A stretch of DNA of 64,000 bases from positions 1,116,001 to 1,180,000 of the forward strand of contig CDLV01000013.1 of the NCBI GenBank assembly GCA_001244265.2, written 5' to 3'. The position numbers and the translations under genes were made by a program. The notes beneath the pieces were generated by a model. That model did no database searches, was not told where the DNA came from, and worked only from the letters and a program-made list of their open reading frames with translations. This DNA comes from Microbotryum violaceum (lineage: Eukaryota). Shown one piece after another: positions 43,560 to 56,600 of the stretch (positions within the stretch are counted from its first letter, which is position 1; every line of letters begins with the position of its first letter).

Positions 43560-46511
43560 TCACGCCTCCTCGGCCTCGGCGCGCGCAATCTCCTCATCAA
43601 TTTCGCGCTGCCTCCTCTCCTCCTCCTCAGCCTCTTCATTGTCCTCCTCATCTTCCTCTTCCTCGCCCTCTCCCCCATCCTGCCTGGCCGCCCTCCCTTC
43701 CTCCTCTTCAACGTCCTCCAATTCGACCTGTCGCCCCGCACCAGGTACACCTCGCTGACGACTTGGGCCACCGTACCCACCAGGCATGACTGAGTTCTCC
43801 CTCTCCAGCTTCTCCGTCTCTTCGCGGTGCTTGTTGATGCGATCCATAGGGTCCTCGGGTATAGGCCCTGAAAGATCTTGACCGGTCAAAGCGGCGTAAC
43901 GATCCAGATCTGCCAACACGTTGTTGCACATTCAGCTCCCCAGTCGCCCAGGTCCAATGAACCCAATGCGCACAAATAAAAAATACTGACCAATCTCCTT
44001 CTTGTTCATCAATGCCGCCGTGATTTTCCTGGGGTTCTCCTTATCCTCCCTCACCCACTTGCTCTTGATCTGTCTCCGCGTCCTAGTAGGGAACAAACCG
44101 GCAATCATCTCGAAATCTGTTCCAAATTGCCTCAGCGCGTCGTAGAAGACCTCCGTCTCGAACGCGGTCCATTTGGCCGTCGCCCTCGCTTTGCCCCAAC
44201 TCGCCGAATTCGTATACTTGTTCTGTTGGTTGTCCTCGACCCTCTCCAAAGGCTCTAGTTGCGCATTGCGGGCTTGCTGCGCACGATCGACTTCGAGGGA
44301 GGCTTCGTCGATCTGGAATTCGCCGTCGATGAAGCGCACTTGAGCCGCGTACCCCGTCTCGACGAAACGATCCTCCTCATCGTCGTCATCCTCCCCCTCT
44401 TCGGCAGCACCTTCCTCATTCCCGGTCATGGCACGCATTCGTTCTTCGATCGAAGGTGGTTCAGGTGTCTCAATCTCGACTTGACGAGGGGGTCGCACAT
44501 CAGTCGGATCCGGCAACTCCTCTTCATCCGTCGCAATCTCAGGCAATGCATCCCCTCTCTGATGCGCCGCCTCAATGAACCCCATCATGACTTGGCCCTG
44601 TTCCTCGTCCTCCGTATCGCTCGGCAGACCTTCCTGCCTCCTCTTCATGTGTCTCTTCGTGCGTTGGCGCTTCTCTGTTCTCTCCTGCTTGGTCATCTCG
44701 TGCTTCTTCAGCAACGCCTTGCCCCTCGCAGAGACCCTCCCATCCCATTGATCCTTCCCCGTCGCAATCTCGGACATGGTCGTCAACGCCGGATCGAGGT
44801 CTTTGAGTCTCTTGTGCGGCACGAAACGGGGTCGAGCTTCTTGCTGAGCAAGGCGACGCGTCTTGTCTTGCAGGCGTTGCGTCTTGGATTTCTTCTTCCT
44901 CTTCTTTTGAGATCCATCGGCCCCGATCGCGTTGTCTTGAGAATCGTCCGACCCATCCTTATCGCTATCGTTTTCCTCCTCGGCATCCTCATCCTCATCC
45001 TCATCGTCGGAGTCGGTATCATCCGATGTCTCAGGCGCATCGACCCCAGTGCGCGCCGCATCATCCGTCATCTGATAGTCCTCATCCTCGGTCGCCGCAT
45101 TCGCAGCCGCCAACAAGGCCTGTAAACCCCCACTGGCAGTCTGGTCATTCGCTTTTCCCTTCCCTTTCGTCGGCTTCCGTAAGGCCAATGGTGCGGTTGC
45201 GCTTTTCTCATGCGGTCCTGCAGCTTCGTCCGAATCGTCGCTCTCGTCGGCGACTTTGCTCTTTTTCGCAGGTCGCCCGCGTCCACTTTTTACTGTCGAA
45301 GGTCTCTTCGTCGCCTTCTTCTTCCCCTTCTCCGCCGTCGTCCGAGGGAGCTCTTCTGCCTCGTCCTCCGAACTCTCCTCAATCATCCTTCCCTTCCCCT
45401 TATTCCCCTTCTCCGGCGATACCACCGTCGCCCTCGTCGACCTCCTCTCCCCGACCCCCGAATCCTTCTTCGCCGCCTTCTTCGTAGTCGCCGCGGTTCC
45501 CACCACCCCCGTCTGTCCTCGCTTGACCTGCCCGCGTTTCATCATCTGCAACTTTTTCCCTCTGATAACGCGCTGAGAAGGCGGTTCTTCCTCATCCGAA
45601 GAATCCTCTTCTTCTTCGACGGGCGGAGCTTGTGTAGTCTTGGCCAACGCAATCGCGTACCTCGGCACGCGTTTCCCCTTTGCGTTCGAAGTGGAACTCC
45701 AAGTCGCAGCGAGCCTCTGTTCTTCTTGCTCATCCTCTTCCGCAGTGGGCGTAGGAGGTAATGAAGGATAAGTCGTCGGTGGATCGATCGTGTTCTTGGA
45801 CGTAGAAGCGATGGGGGTTGGAGGTCGAGGAAGGGTAGAAATCTTAGGGCCACCTCTCGGGCTGCTGGTGGAAGCCGTAGGTTGTGCGGTCGTCGGTTGA
45901 GTCGAGAGCGTTGGATCGCGAGGGGTGAAGGATAAAGGTCTTGAGGAAGTTGGTGCAGTGGTCTCGGGGTGGGTAGATGCCGAAACGATCGTAGGTGGTC
46001 GAACGGGCGAGGACGAACCCCCGCTCGTCGCCGGCGTCGTCTCGCGCCAGGTCGGATCCCGGGGTGCGAAACCGTTCCCGTTCCCTTTGCCCTTGCCCGT
46101 CGTCGACAAGGTACTGGGTAAAGCTGGCTCTTTGAACGCCTCCGCGTCTCCATCGCGCTCTGTAGGACTAGTCGCCTCTGGATCCAAGTCGAATTCCTCG
46201 ATCCCTCCTAAAGGGTTCAACCCCGTCGCTTCAAAGCGAGGTGTCGCCGTGCCTACGGAGGCCAAGGAAGGTGTGGTAGAAGAAGCACGTTGGAATGAGG
46301 ACAAGGTGTTCTTGCGCTTGGGGACGAATCGGGTCGTGGATTTGTCTGTGGTGCGAAGGGGAGGGTGTTAGTCGGTTTTGGTCGGCAAGCTGGGGGAGGG
46401 GAGGAGAAGGGGTTGTTTGGCACGGCATGGAACGGGGTGTATCCACGTGAGGAAGGAGGAAGGAGGAAGAAGGGAAGGGGACAACCTACTTATTCGACTT
46501 GTAGTGGACAT
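43560..46511 (-). CDS. BDP1: Transcription factor IIIB subunit B'' (SANT domain)
   Basis: KWTAFETEVFYDALRQFGTDFEMIAGLFPTRTRRQIKSKWVREDKENP, AQVRFIDGEFQIDEASL; short first exon MSTTSRI starts at 46511. Confidence 0.9.
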
Positions 46512-46653
46512 CCTGGAGGTTGTGCAAGACACGCCCCACAAAGGAGGGTGGAACGGGGGAGGCGACGGAGCGTGTTTGTTGGGCGTGTCGGAGGCTAACC
46601 GGTCTGTACAGTCCGAGCGGCGCGTCGACTCGGGACTGGCACGGACTGGGCAG

Positions 46654-46688
46654 TAGTGACTAGTGACTAATGACTAGTGACTATGACT
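46654..46688. repeat. 7-bp tandem repeat (TAGTGAC, about 5 copies) in the BDP1/ESS2 divergent promoter
   Basis: TAGTGAC TAGTGAC TAATGAC TAGTGAC TATGACT. Confidence 0.85.
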
Positions 46689-47045
46689 GGGCCAACGGGG
46701 CACGGCACTCTCCAAAGGCCAACACTGCAGTGATCGGAGCCGTGCCTTTACGAACAAATTTTAAATTTTGCCACAAATTTGCTTAAGAAATCAAGCCTCG
46801 GATCGGATCTACTGAGAAGATGCGTTCTGGCTGGGGTCGTTGCCACTGCTAACTGCTCGGGCATCCACTCCGAGTCGGTAGCCGGCTTCGATCATGAACC
46901 GACCCCGAGGTCCGAGCGTTCCCATCGGGCGCCATCATACTGCCATCATCATCCTCGTTTCTCTCCTCTCTCCTCTCTCCGCAGCGTCTTCCCTCTTTCC
47001 CACAACGGGTTAGCATCGATCACCTCCTCACTACTCTCAACAACC

Positions 47046-49399
47046 ATGCCACCTTCTGTATCCACCTCCTCCCCCCATCCCTATCGCCACCGCCACGAAG
47101 CCTCGACCTCGACCACTCCCACTCGTCATCCCAACGACGAAACCCACCCCGATTCCGATCTGCAAGTCCTCACGACGCGAGGCGCGGCCAACACGGCTCG
47201 TTCATTACTGAAGCAAGAGATCCTGTCCGTACGTCCTCGCCTCCCATACCCATACACCATCCTTTCCACCAGATTTACCCCCCCCCCTACCTAGTCGTGT
47301 GTCCGTCACTTGACGACCTCCCTTACCCCCCTCTTCTCACTTATCACAGGAAGAAGAATACATCAATCATCTCTCGCACATCATCAAACGAGACTTTTTC
47401 CCTTCCCTCGCCAACTTGGACGCACAACATGAGATCCTCGATGCGTTCGAAAGTGAGGATCCCAAAAAGGTCGAAGAGAGTATCAGGAGGATGAGGACGT
47501 TGTGGACGCCTACACCAGCTAGTACGAGGGGTGGTGATGGGAAGTGGGACAAGAAGAAGAAGAGCGGTGGGTGACGATGATTCATGCACGATGCTCTCCG
47601 TTCGTGGTGGGTACTGATACGCGAGCAGTACGGGACCGACCCCACAGCTGGCTCAGCGACCCCTCTGACTTGGACAACTCCTTACGACGACTCGACCCCG
47701 ACCTACTTTGGTCACACACCCCTCCCTACCACCCCTTCCTCAACCACACGACCCCGCGCTTCCCCACCCCAACCACCCCGTATCGACCCCAACATCAGTC
47801 TCGACTCGTTCCAATCGCGCTACACATCCGAAGACAATTCCTCTTTCGCCGTACTGTTGGCCAGGGACAATGCCGCTCGGAAACAGAAATACGCGTGGGC
47901 ATGGGAAGCGGAGAAGAGGGCCAAAGTGTTGTCCATTCGAGGCAGGGAAGCGAGGGAGAGGTTGGTCGACGTCACACGGGATTTGATCGAGGGGAGTGAG
48001 GATGGGAGTGTGAGGATGTTGGATGGTGGAGCGGGCAGACCGGGGGAGAGGAAATTGATCGTGGGCAAAGGGACGAGGATCGGTAGGGATGATCGGTTGA
48101 TGATCGCTTCTTCGGGATCGGAGCGTGGAACTCTTTCGAATAACGCCCTGTTGATCCAAGATACGCCCGAATCCCGACCGCGCGTAGGCGAACTTGAACT
48201 GATCAAGCGAGGATCCCACAAACTCGCTCCTCAAGGCCCCGACCCAAAAGACCAAGGTCTTCAATACGTCGATTACGACTCGACCACCGTCGAAGAAGAC
48301 GAATCGAACCGAGCACCTACGATCGATCAAGTCCAACCTAAGATGGAGTCGTGGGACTTCAGGAACCGTAATTCGTTCATGTTCCCTCCCGATGCGGATA
48401 CGGATACAGATGCACCTTCCGATCCGAGTTTGGCCAACGGCGACAAGGGAAAGGGAAGGCTGATCAAGGCGGGGGAGGAGAAGGCCGTTAATTACGGGGC
48501 TACAAGGCTGACGACCTTCGAGAGGGGTCGGGTGGGGGAAGGTGGAGAGGATGATGCGATGACGGAAAGTTCGGGTCCTTCGAGGAGTAGGATCGGCGCG
48601 GCGATCGCTGGAACACCTTGTACGTCCTCGGGTCAACTCCTTCATCACCGTCGTAGATCACAACACTAATCAGAAAATATACCTGACCGCAGACCACATC
48701 GACCCAAGTCGCACCCCCAAAGTATCCGGTTTCTCCTTCGTAGACGCCCTCCCTTCCCCACAAGCCGCGACGCTCCCTCCTCAGGCCTTACAAGAACTCA
48801 TGACCTGGGGAACGATCGAAGCTACGCCCGTCACACTTCGATCTTCAACTGAATACGATGGCTCGGTGGGACCTTTTAGGATTCAGGAAGGTTCGAGGAG
48901 GGAGGGTTTGGCGCTTCGTATGGCGACGCAGGCCAAGAGGAGTTTGTCGGATCGGGTGGAGGCGGCTTCGAATAGGAGAGGAAATCGACCAGGGGGTTTG
49001 GGGTCCCTGCGTAGTGTTAGGGGAGGGTCGATCCTCTCCCCTTCTTCTTCCTCCTCCTCTACGAGTAGGACGCAAGTACCCTATACACCGCGATCAAACT
49101 CGACCCTGTCCCTCTCCCCCGCCGCAGCGTCCATCCTCCACCGAACGAAACAAGGTCGTTCGTTGGGCAAAGGCATGACAAGGACCATGTCCCCTTTACA
49201 TCCAAGCACCTCTTCCTCCTCGTCAAGGAAGGGGGATTCAACGATGGATCATTTGATGTTGAAGTGTTTGAAGGCGAAGGTTGAAGCGAGGGAGAAGGAG
49301 AGTAAAAGGAGGTTGGAGAGGGAACGGTGGAGTGCGAGTCCGGCGCCTGTTCCGGGACCGGCACCGACACCCGGTGAAGAGGGGAAAGAAGGTCACTGA
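47046..49399 (+). CDS. ESS2: Splicing factor ESS2/DGCR14 (nuclear protein Es2 family)
   Basis: EEEYINHLSHIIKRDFFPSL, SLDSFQSRYTSEDNSSF, RNSFMFPPD, LMTWGTIEATP, PFRI. Confidence 0.9.
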
Positions 49400-49723
49400 G
49401 GTTGCTTGCGTACTTAAGCTTGGCTAGCAATGCAGTGATGAAGCATAGCAACGTGTATAATGAAGTCAAGAAAAGATAGCTTTACGATCAGTCAGGGAAA
49501 AGGCGATAACGATACACATCGCAAGTGTAGGGGAATACAAGTATATCAACGGAGCGTCGTTACGAGAGCAAGCGAGTCTGTGTCAAGCATACGATAAAAA
49601 TAGAGAAGGGGGGGTCCTTACGTCAGTCCCCTGTTTAGTTTTGGGACGATGATGATGCACAGAATAAGGGAAAAGCGGATGGACTATAACAGACAGATGG
49701 TCGATGTTATCGTCGCTGGCGAA

Positions 49724-51658
49724 TTAGAAGTAGTCGACGCTTTGTTCGAAAAGCCAGCTTTTCAGCAATTCCCTCGTATGAACGGGGTACCTAGAGTCCA
49801 CGGAAGATAATCGACCAATTTCAATTTCCACGCAGTAAGAGTCTTTACCCCGCTTTGAACTCACTTTGGCAGCCCTTCATACCGAACCTTCACACCCCTT
49901 TCTTTCGCCTGTGCGACCTGCCTCCTCACTTCCTCCATTTGTTCCTCGTCCAACGTCTCCCTATTCCAGCCCCCCACAGCCCTCCCCAAATCCCCTCCCG
50001 CAACAGGACTTAACGCCTTCTCCACCCGATCCAATGTACGCGAACAGATATCAGCTTCGACAAAGAGGAAGCGCGTTGTTTCCGAAGACCCTTCGGCTTC
50101 GAGCAAGAGTTGACTCCTCGACACTTCACCCGTGATCAGCGCCGTGATGGGTCCCTGAGTGAAGAGTTGCGATCGAGGACAATAGGTCGTCAATAATCCC
50201 GCATCAAGCAGAGGCGACAAGGCATGTCGAATAAATTGGATCGTCATCGCAGGATCGGTTTGGATGTCGAGCAAGAGTAGGAAAGGGTGTGAGGGTGAAC
50301 AGGCAGTCAGGTAAGCAGCGCTGCTAGACGAGTTAAGCGAGCTGTTCGATAAGTGGCGGCGGTGTAAGAAGGCGCCGCTCGAAGCGGCGGGGCTGTCGTT
50401 TGATGCTGAGGAGACGTCATTGGATTCCTTTGGCTCGTCGCGGAAGACAGTGATGAGGGGGTCTGTGAGCAGAGTAGTTGACGGCGCCAGCCGGCTTAGC
50501 AATTCGTCGTCGCCGGCTCATGACCGCAAAATTTTAGAACGCTCACCAATGTATGTCGAGGAGAGGGTAGTTTCGGTCGAGAATTGTGCTCCGCCCTTGA
50601 CCTGCCAAAGTTTCGAACGGTCAGTGTCACGCATCGAGAGAATATAGGCCGGAGCGCATTGGCAACAAACCCACCAGCAACTGTCCATCGGCAAGCGCGA
50701 CAGGTACAACGACAAACGTGTTGCCATCTCGTAACAATGACCTGAAATTTGATTCGTGCTCGAGTTCTTAGTATGAGAGTGGAGGATGTCAGCATCGCCC
50801 ATCGCATCATTCGGATCGGTTCTCAGCCCCCACATTGGCCCGTGTGAAAGTGGGGGAACCACTTGAGACGAGAAACTCACCAGTCGTGTAGAGTTTGAGC
50901 GAGCCGAACCCCAAACCAGCCGAGCGACTCGACCTCCTCGCTACATCTGGCATCGTTAGTTCGGGAACACCTCTGACGTCCTCGCTCGAGGTGGAGAAGA
51001 GCGAACCCCGACTGGCCCTCCTCGACCGGGTCCTGGACGATGAGGCAGGAGGTGACACCGGGGGGGCCTGCGTGTCGTGCGCGTCGTCCTCGGTTTCCTC
51101 GGCCTCTTCTTCAATAATCTCGTTGAGGAAGGAGCCACCGTCGGGCGTCGGGTACGAAGAGTTCGTGGGTCGCGTGGGTGAGCTGTTGCCAGCCCCGAAT
51201 GAGACATTGGCACCGCCGACGATGTTCATCGCCCCTGACTCAGCTGCTCCTCTGTCCCACACGGCGGGAGGAGCGAGCGAATTGCCGCCGGCCGAGCTGG
51301 AAACCCACGCGCTTATCGAACCCAATGACGGGGAGACCGACGCCGACGAAGGGCTGAGCGGTGGAGGTAGATGATGCAAAGGCCGATGGGGCAAGGCATC
51401 GGATGAAGGATAGTGCTGCTGGTGGACGTGGGCGTGGTCTTGCACGACTTGCTTCTGCGCCTGCACGGCTTCGTGTCCGACCGATCGAGCTAGCGATCGA
51501 ATTCGCTCAGCGAGGGCATCTGGGGTAGCCTGCGGGGCCCGACTAGCGCCGCGGAGCTGATCACCAGCAGTCATAGCGGAGGCTTTGAAAGAGGGGATCG
51601 TCAACATGTCGCATAGGGTGAGGTCAGGTCGAGGTGCTAGTCGTGGATCGTCTTGCAT
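49724..51658 (-). CDS. AIM6-like PLC-type phosphodiesterase homolog, catalytic residues degenerate
   Basis: TLSSTYIDPLI, LLLLDIQTD, LSPLLDAGLLTTY, GPITALITG, QVAQAKERGVKVRY, VDYF* follow the AIM6 family pattern; multi-exon; start uncertain. Confidence 0.65.
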
Positions 51659-52142
51659 GGGCAAAGTGACGTGGATGGTTGCCCGCGCAACTTGGATGCG
51701 GTGGATGCCAAGGCGCGACTCGTTCCCCCATCGCGAGGCTTGCTCGTCATTCGAAGCTCGAGAAAGTTGAGGAGCCTTTATCAGGTCGAATATCACTTTC
51801 GCTAGCCATTGCAACGGCCATAATACTAGATGTCGGCCGATTCACTTCGAAGCAAAGACACTCAAGGTCATGTTGTTTTTGAGAGAGTCATACACGTCGG
51901 TTGTGCATGGACTCCCGCTTAAATACCGTGCCAAAAAAAGTGCAACCGAGCCCTTCACGAGCACCGTCGTGTGATACCCTACGAAGTACGCGTAGTTCGA
52001 AGCGATCATCACGATTTCTACCGTGCACCACCTACTGAATTTTTCTCTTTTTTTGTGTAGGATCTGCACGTGTCACCACCGGACAATCATCACGATTCAC
52101 GGACCGACGCCGGTGGCGACGGGTGGCAGAGAGAGTCGGGAG

Positions 52143-52197
52143 CGGCTGTGCCATTCGGCGCGCCTCCGGCTGTGCCATTCGGCGCGCCTCCGGCTGT
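52143..52197. repeat. 24-bp tandem duplication (2.3 copies)
   Basis: CGGCTGTGCCATTCGGCGCGCCTC twice, then CGGCTGT. Confidence 0.9.
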
Positions 52198-53622
52198 TTG
52201 AGCGTGAGTCGATTTACCTACCCCTTCCTTCAAGCCTTAGGTAGGCAACTACACCATGAACCACGGTACGGTACCTTCTACGACACAGCACTTTGTTTTC
52301 AATCAGCTTGTGAACGTCCATGCGGACTGTAGAGGAAGTTGACGACTCGGCACATGACCATGATGAGATGTCTCGGGCCGGGCACCGGCCATGCACGTCG
52401 GAGCGGAGCGGAACACCCCACCCTCGCACCCGAATTCGGCAGCGACCGATGGGCAATGTGGAGACCCTCTGGGCCTCTGCTGCCCTCCGCTCGTCGGAGT
52501 CATCGCTGTAGGGTCTTCGCGATCACTGGAGGGTTTGACGTTAGTCAAGTGAGCCTGAGACCCGGCTCGTTACAAATTAAAGTAGGGAGGCACGCCAGAT
52601 GGGTTGAATGTGTCAATCGTGTGAATTGAGACCACGACCGCCGTGACACGGCGCGGATCCGAATATCCGAACCCTCCCTTGTAGGACGAGACAGGCGACA
52701 GACCCCTCTCGAAATGGTTTGCTGCTATTTTTGAGCCGAACTTTGGTAAGGACCTGCTGTCGGCGCTTGAATGGAGCAAAAAGAGCCCCACAGATGCTTG
52801 CAACAATTGTCGATGATTGATAGGCCCATGCTTTGTGATGCTTGCTCAGCGCAAGCTAAAGCTAATTCGGTGATTCGGAAGCGCGGCCGTCCACTCGGAA
52901 TCAAGGTTTATTCGAGGCCACCTCGCGCACCAGGCCTCACATGCCTCACACTCCGCCGGTCAGCGCTTATCCCTCTCATGGTAGAGTTCCACGCCCGCAG
53001 TGACTCGAGTCGCTCGACGGCTTCGACAAGCTCTGACACCGCCGCAGCCCTTCCAAGCCACAGCGTTCTGTTCCCTCCCTCTCACCTCCTCCCATCCTCC
53101 GTATTAGGTGACTATCAGCCTACCTGCACCGCCTGACGAGCCTAGCCCCGTTTTTCAAAACCCACCACGTGTCTCTCGGCGACGGCGACCGGATTTGTGT
53201 AGGCTCGTACTCCTCGAGGGAGACTGGATCGACAACCAGTAAGTACACGAGACAGAGTACGGGTTGTAAGGGAGTATTTGGAGCATTAGGGGAAAGACTA
53301 GAGGCGCGCAGTGCGAGTGTGCGAAATATCTCTTAAGTCCAAAGAGAGGTCCAAGCGGCGCGGCCGGCTAGGCCCGGCGCGGATTGGAGATCGATCTAAG
53401 CAAGACAATTTGTAGGTCGACCTGGCTCACGCTGCTCAACTCTGCGCCGAGCGCCAGCCGCGTGCCTTCGCGATCGGCCGGTCGGCGGCGGCGGCGGAGA
53501 CCAGCGGAGACTCGACCCCGTCTACCCGGTTGACCTTTGCTGACCACGCGCTCCGTTTGGCCTTTCTCACGTTTCCCTCCGTTCCTCAGGTCACAGCAAT
53601 CAGACCACCAACAACCGTGGTC

Positions 53623-56600
53623 ATGGTCGCGAACGTGCCATCCTCATCATCCTCGGTCACACGGGGTGATACAGGCTCCAAGGAGGACGTGGAAAGGCAC
53701 TCGGAAGAGGGCAGCCACCAAGACGATCTCGCCCACAAGCCGACGTTTGGAGATCTCGAGAAGCAACAGACGAACGCGACGCAGGCCTCCGCGATCCTGA
53801 AGGAGAAGCCCAAGCTGCAAAGGAATAAGCTCAAGTTGTAGGTCCTTTCTCTCCTCCCACGCTTCACTGTCATAGGGGACATTCGAGCGCATTGCATTGA
53901 CTGACATGCCATGTACACCTCATACCTTCGTCGCGCGCGCCTCCACCCTCGGGGTTGTTCTCGCTTCGTCATTCCTCGATCCTCGATGCCGTTGCCCGAT
54001 CCCCGCCGCAAAATTCAATTTGCAGTATCCCCTTCCTCGGACGTGTACAGCCACGTGATCCTTACCCCTCGCTCGACGAGGCTGCGGATTGGCCCAAGCC
54101 GTCGTTGCTCTCGATATGGACGTTTTACTGGATCCAACCCTTGCTCATTGTCGGCTACCAGCGCACGCTCGTCGCGACGGACCTGTGGAAGCTGCCTCCG
54201 ACGATGGAGTGCGGTCCCCTCGCGGACCAGCTGATGGAGAACTTCGAGCGCCGCCGCAAAGACGTCGAGGCGTGGAACCAATCGCTTGATGACGGGTCTT
54301 TTAAGCCGTCGGTTCTGCGTCGTGGGTGGTGGAAGATGCGAGCCTCGATCGGCCTCGGCGCAGCGGATGGACGACGGAAGCCGGGCCTAGCCCTGGCGTT
54401 AAGCGACACGTTCAAGTACCAGTTCTGGAGTGCCGGCGTGATCAAGGTCGTCGCTGACACCGCTCAAGTGACTTCACCACTCGTCACCAAGGCTCTGATT
54501 CAATTCAGTACCAAGGCCTACTATCATGCCAAGGGCGTTCCCGGCTATGAGCCGCAGTCGGTCGGCTATGGAGTGGCGCTCGCCATCATCGTATGGCTTA
54601 TGCAAGTCATTGCATCGCTCGGGTCCCACCAATTCTTCGCGCGCAGTGCCAGTACCGGTGTCCTGGCTCGCAGTACGCTCATCGCGTCGATCTACCGCCG
54701 GTCAACGACCTTGTCGGGCAAGGCGAGGACGGTGATGACCAATGGACGTCTTGTCAACCACGTCGGCACGGATGTGTCGAGGATCGATTTCGCCGCTGGC
54801 TTCTTCCATATGTCTTGGACGGCACCAATTCAGATGATTATCATCATCGTCATTCTTCTCGTCAACCTTGGCCCCAGTTCGCTCGCAGGCATCTTTTTCC
54901 TCTTCTTGTCGATCCCGCCTCAGGGTTGGGCCATGAAGAAGATGTTGGCGGCCCGCAAGCGTGCCATGGTCTGGACCGACAAGCGCGCCAAACTGATTCA
55001 GGAGCTCTTGGGCGGCCAACGCATCATTAAGTTCTTCAGTTGGCAACAGCCTTACCTTCGCAAGTTGCGCGAAATCCGTGAATCCGAAATGTTCCACGTC
55101 CGCAACCTGCTCGCCATTCGCTCCGCGACTTCGGCCGTGGCGATGTCGATGCCAGCCATCGCAACCGTCGTCGCCTTCCTCGTCTACTCCGGCACGGGCC
55201 ACTCGCAGAACTCGGCCATCATCTTCACCTCGCTGACCTTGTTCAACTTGTTGCGCATGCCGTTGATGATGCTGCCCGTCTCGCTCGCGACCATGACCGA
55301 CGCACACAACGCCTTGGGTCGGATCACCGAAGTCTTCCTTGCCGAATCTCGCTCGGGCACGTACCAATTCGACGCCGCCTCCGAATTTGCAATTCAGGTC
55401 GATGACGCTGATTTCCAATGGGAAGGCGCCCCACCCGAGGAAGCAGCCGCTGGTTCGAAGAAGGAGCAGCAAGCCTTGGTGCACAAGCTCAAGCAGGAGC
55501 AGAAGAAGGCGAAGCACGACAAGAATAAGAGCGAAAAGAAGAAGCTCCCTGCACCGGAGCAAGTCATCGTCGACGAGAAGAAGCCCGGTGTTGCACTCGA
55601 CCTTGCCAACAAAGCTCCTGCCGACGGCGTCGACGCTGTCGACACGGACGTCTCGAGGGGGGTGCCTGCACCTGCTGAACCAACCCCTGACGAGTCGCAA
55701 GACGAGTCGCCGGCCGATAAGGAAGAGGACCTCATGCAGCTTAGCCACATCAGCTTTCGCATTCCCAAGGGTCAATTGTGCGCGATCGTCGGCCCCGTCG
55801 GAGCCGGCAAGAGCTCGCTGTTGCAGGCCTTGGTCGGCGAGATGAAGCGTACTCGGGGCTCGGTCACCTTTAACGGCTCGCTCGCGTACGCGCCGCAAGT
55901 CGCTTGGATGCAGAGCGTGTCGTTGCGCGACAACGTGCTCTTCGGTCAGCCCTACGACCAGGCCCGGTACGAACGCGCGATCACGAACGCGTGCCTCGAC
56001 GCGGATATCGAAATGCTGCCCTTTGGTGACGCGACCGAGATCGGCGAGAAGGGTGTGACGCTCTCGGGTGGGCAGAAGCAGCGCGTCAACATCGCGCGTG
56101 CGCTCTACTTTGACGCGGATATTGTGCTGCTTGACGACCCACTCTCGGCCGTCGATGCTCACGTTGGCAAGGCCCTGTTCGACGATGCGATCTGCGGTGC
56201 GCTGAAGGACCGCACACGCGTGCTCGTGACCCATGCCGTGCACTTCTTGCCTCGCGTTGATTGGATCATCACGATCGACCAGGGCCGGATCCAGCAGGAG
56301 GGCACGTACGCGGATCTGATCGCGGACAAGGATGGGCCGTTCTCTAAGATGATCGCCGAGTTTGGCGGCGACGCGACCGAGAAGCGCGAGGAGGAGGAGG
56401 AGGAAGTTGAGGAGGATGCCATCGCGGCCGCCGGGGGGGAGCTCGTGGACGCACCGAAGAAGATGAAGAAGAAGGGCAAAGGGCTGATGCAAGAGGAGGA
56501 GCGTGCGACGGGAGCAGTCGACGGCGGGGTCTATATGGCCTTCCTGCGTGCGGCCAAGGGCCACATCACGGTGCCGTTGCTCATCCTCAGTCTGGCGCTC

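Noticed and set aside
52771-53136. Intergenic ORF with an AT-hook-like RKRGRP
   Set aside because: Short motif only, no supporting domain or exon structure
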